NCBI GenBank assembly: GCA_964188305.1
Contig: OZ076893.1
From: Podarcis bocagei
Lineage: Eukaryota
DNA length: 64,000 nt
Direction: 5' to 3' (one strand)
Positions 63,656-64,000 of the stretch are shown here, in pieces. The notes beneath the pieces are model-generated. The model was not told the origin of the DNA and searched no databases. It saw only the letters and a program-made list of their open reading frames with translations. Position numbers and translations under genes: made by a program. Numbering within the stretch: position 1 is the first letter of the stretch; each line of letters starts with the position of its first letter.

Positions 63656-64000
63656 GGTCTGTTTAAAGAAGGGGAAAGCAATGCCAGGAAGGGTGTTTGG
63701 GAAGCTGCAGCTGCAGTCATGTGTGCACTTACCTAGGATTATGTTGCCTTGAATCAAGGGACTTACTTCTAAGTAGACATGCACAGGACTTTTCTCATGT
63801 GAAAGGTTTCCAGTTTCCTAAAGAGAGTCACTTATGCTGCAGAAGGCAGGCAGGCAGGCAGGCTTGCAAGGTTGCCAAACAGCATTCTGCAAGATGCTGC
63901 TGTCATTTAAAATTTTTATTTTAAATGCACCAGACAGACTAAAAGTGGAGCAAGGGATAAGTTTGTACAAGCTGTTGGGACCTGGCTCAAGATTTCTGGA

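Noticed and set aside
43091-64000. Search for ANGPT1 exon 1 and promoter
   Set aside because: No signal-peptide exon or CpG island seen; intron 1 is very long in other vertebrates.
1-64000. CRISPR arrays, operons or other prokaryotic systems
   Set aside because: The sequence is vertebrate intron/exon DNA; no repeat-spacer array was seen.

Overview
Vertebrate genomic DNA, most likely a lacertid lizard (inferred from Sauria SINE, Squam3-like SINE, BovB, L2, CR1 and Penelope content). The whole window lies inside the angiopoietin-1 gene (ANGPT1) on the minus strand. Coding exons 2-6 are present with canonical GT-AG boundaries and the lengths I recall for the human gene (156, 122, 233, 128, 102 bp). 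I did not find exon 1 or exons 7 onward. The introns are rich in transposable elements, and two stand out. (1) A 1,432-bp non-autonomous hAT (Charlie-like) transposon in intron 3 (35897-37328) has matching TIRs and an exact 8-bp TSD. Instead of transposase it carries what looks like a captured host CpG-island promoter, a short first coding exon with a splice donor, and the start of an intron, i.e. a Pack-MULE-like gene-fragment capture in a vertebrate. (2) A very young, 5'-truncated Penelope-like retroelement in intron 5 (9311-12064) has an uninterrupted RT + GIY-YIG frame, a near-identical inverted pseudo-LTR pair and hammerhead-ribozyme cores, and sits in a (TA)n tract. Coordinates were read by eye, and repeat family names come from recognition, not database searches.
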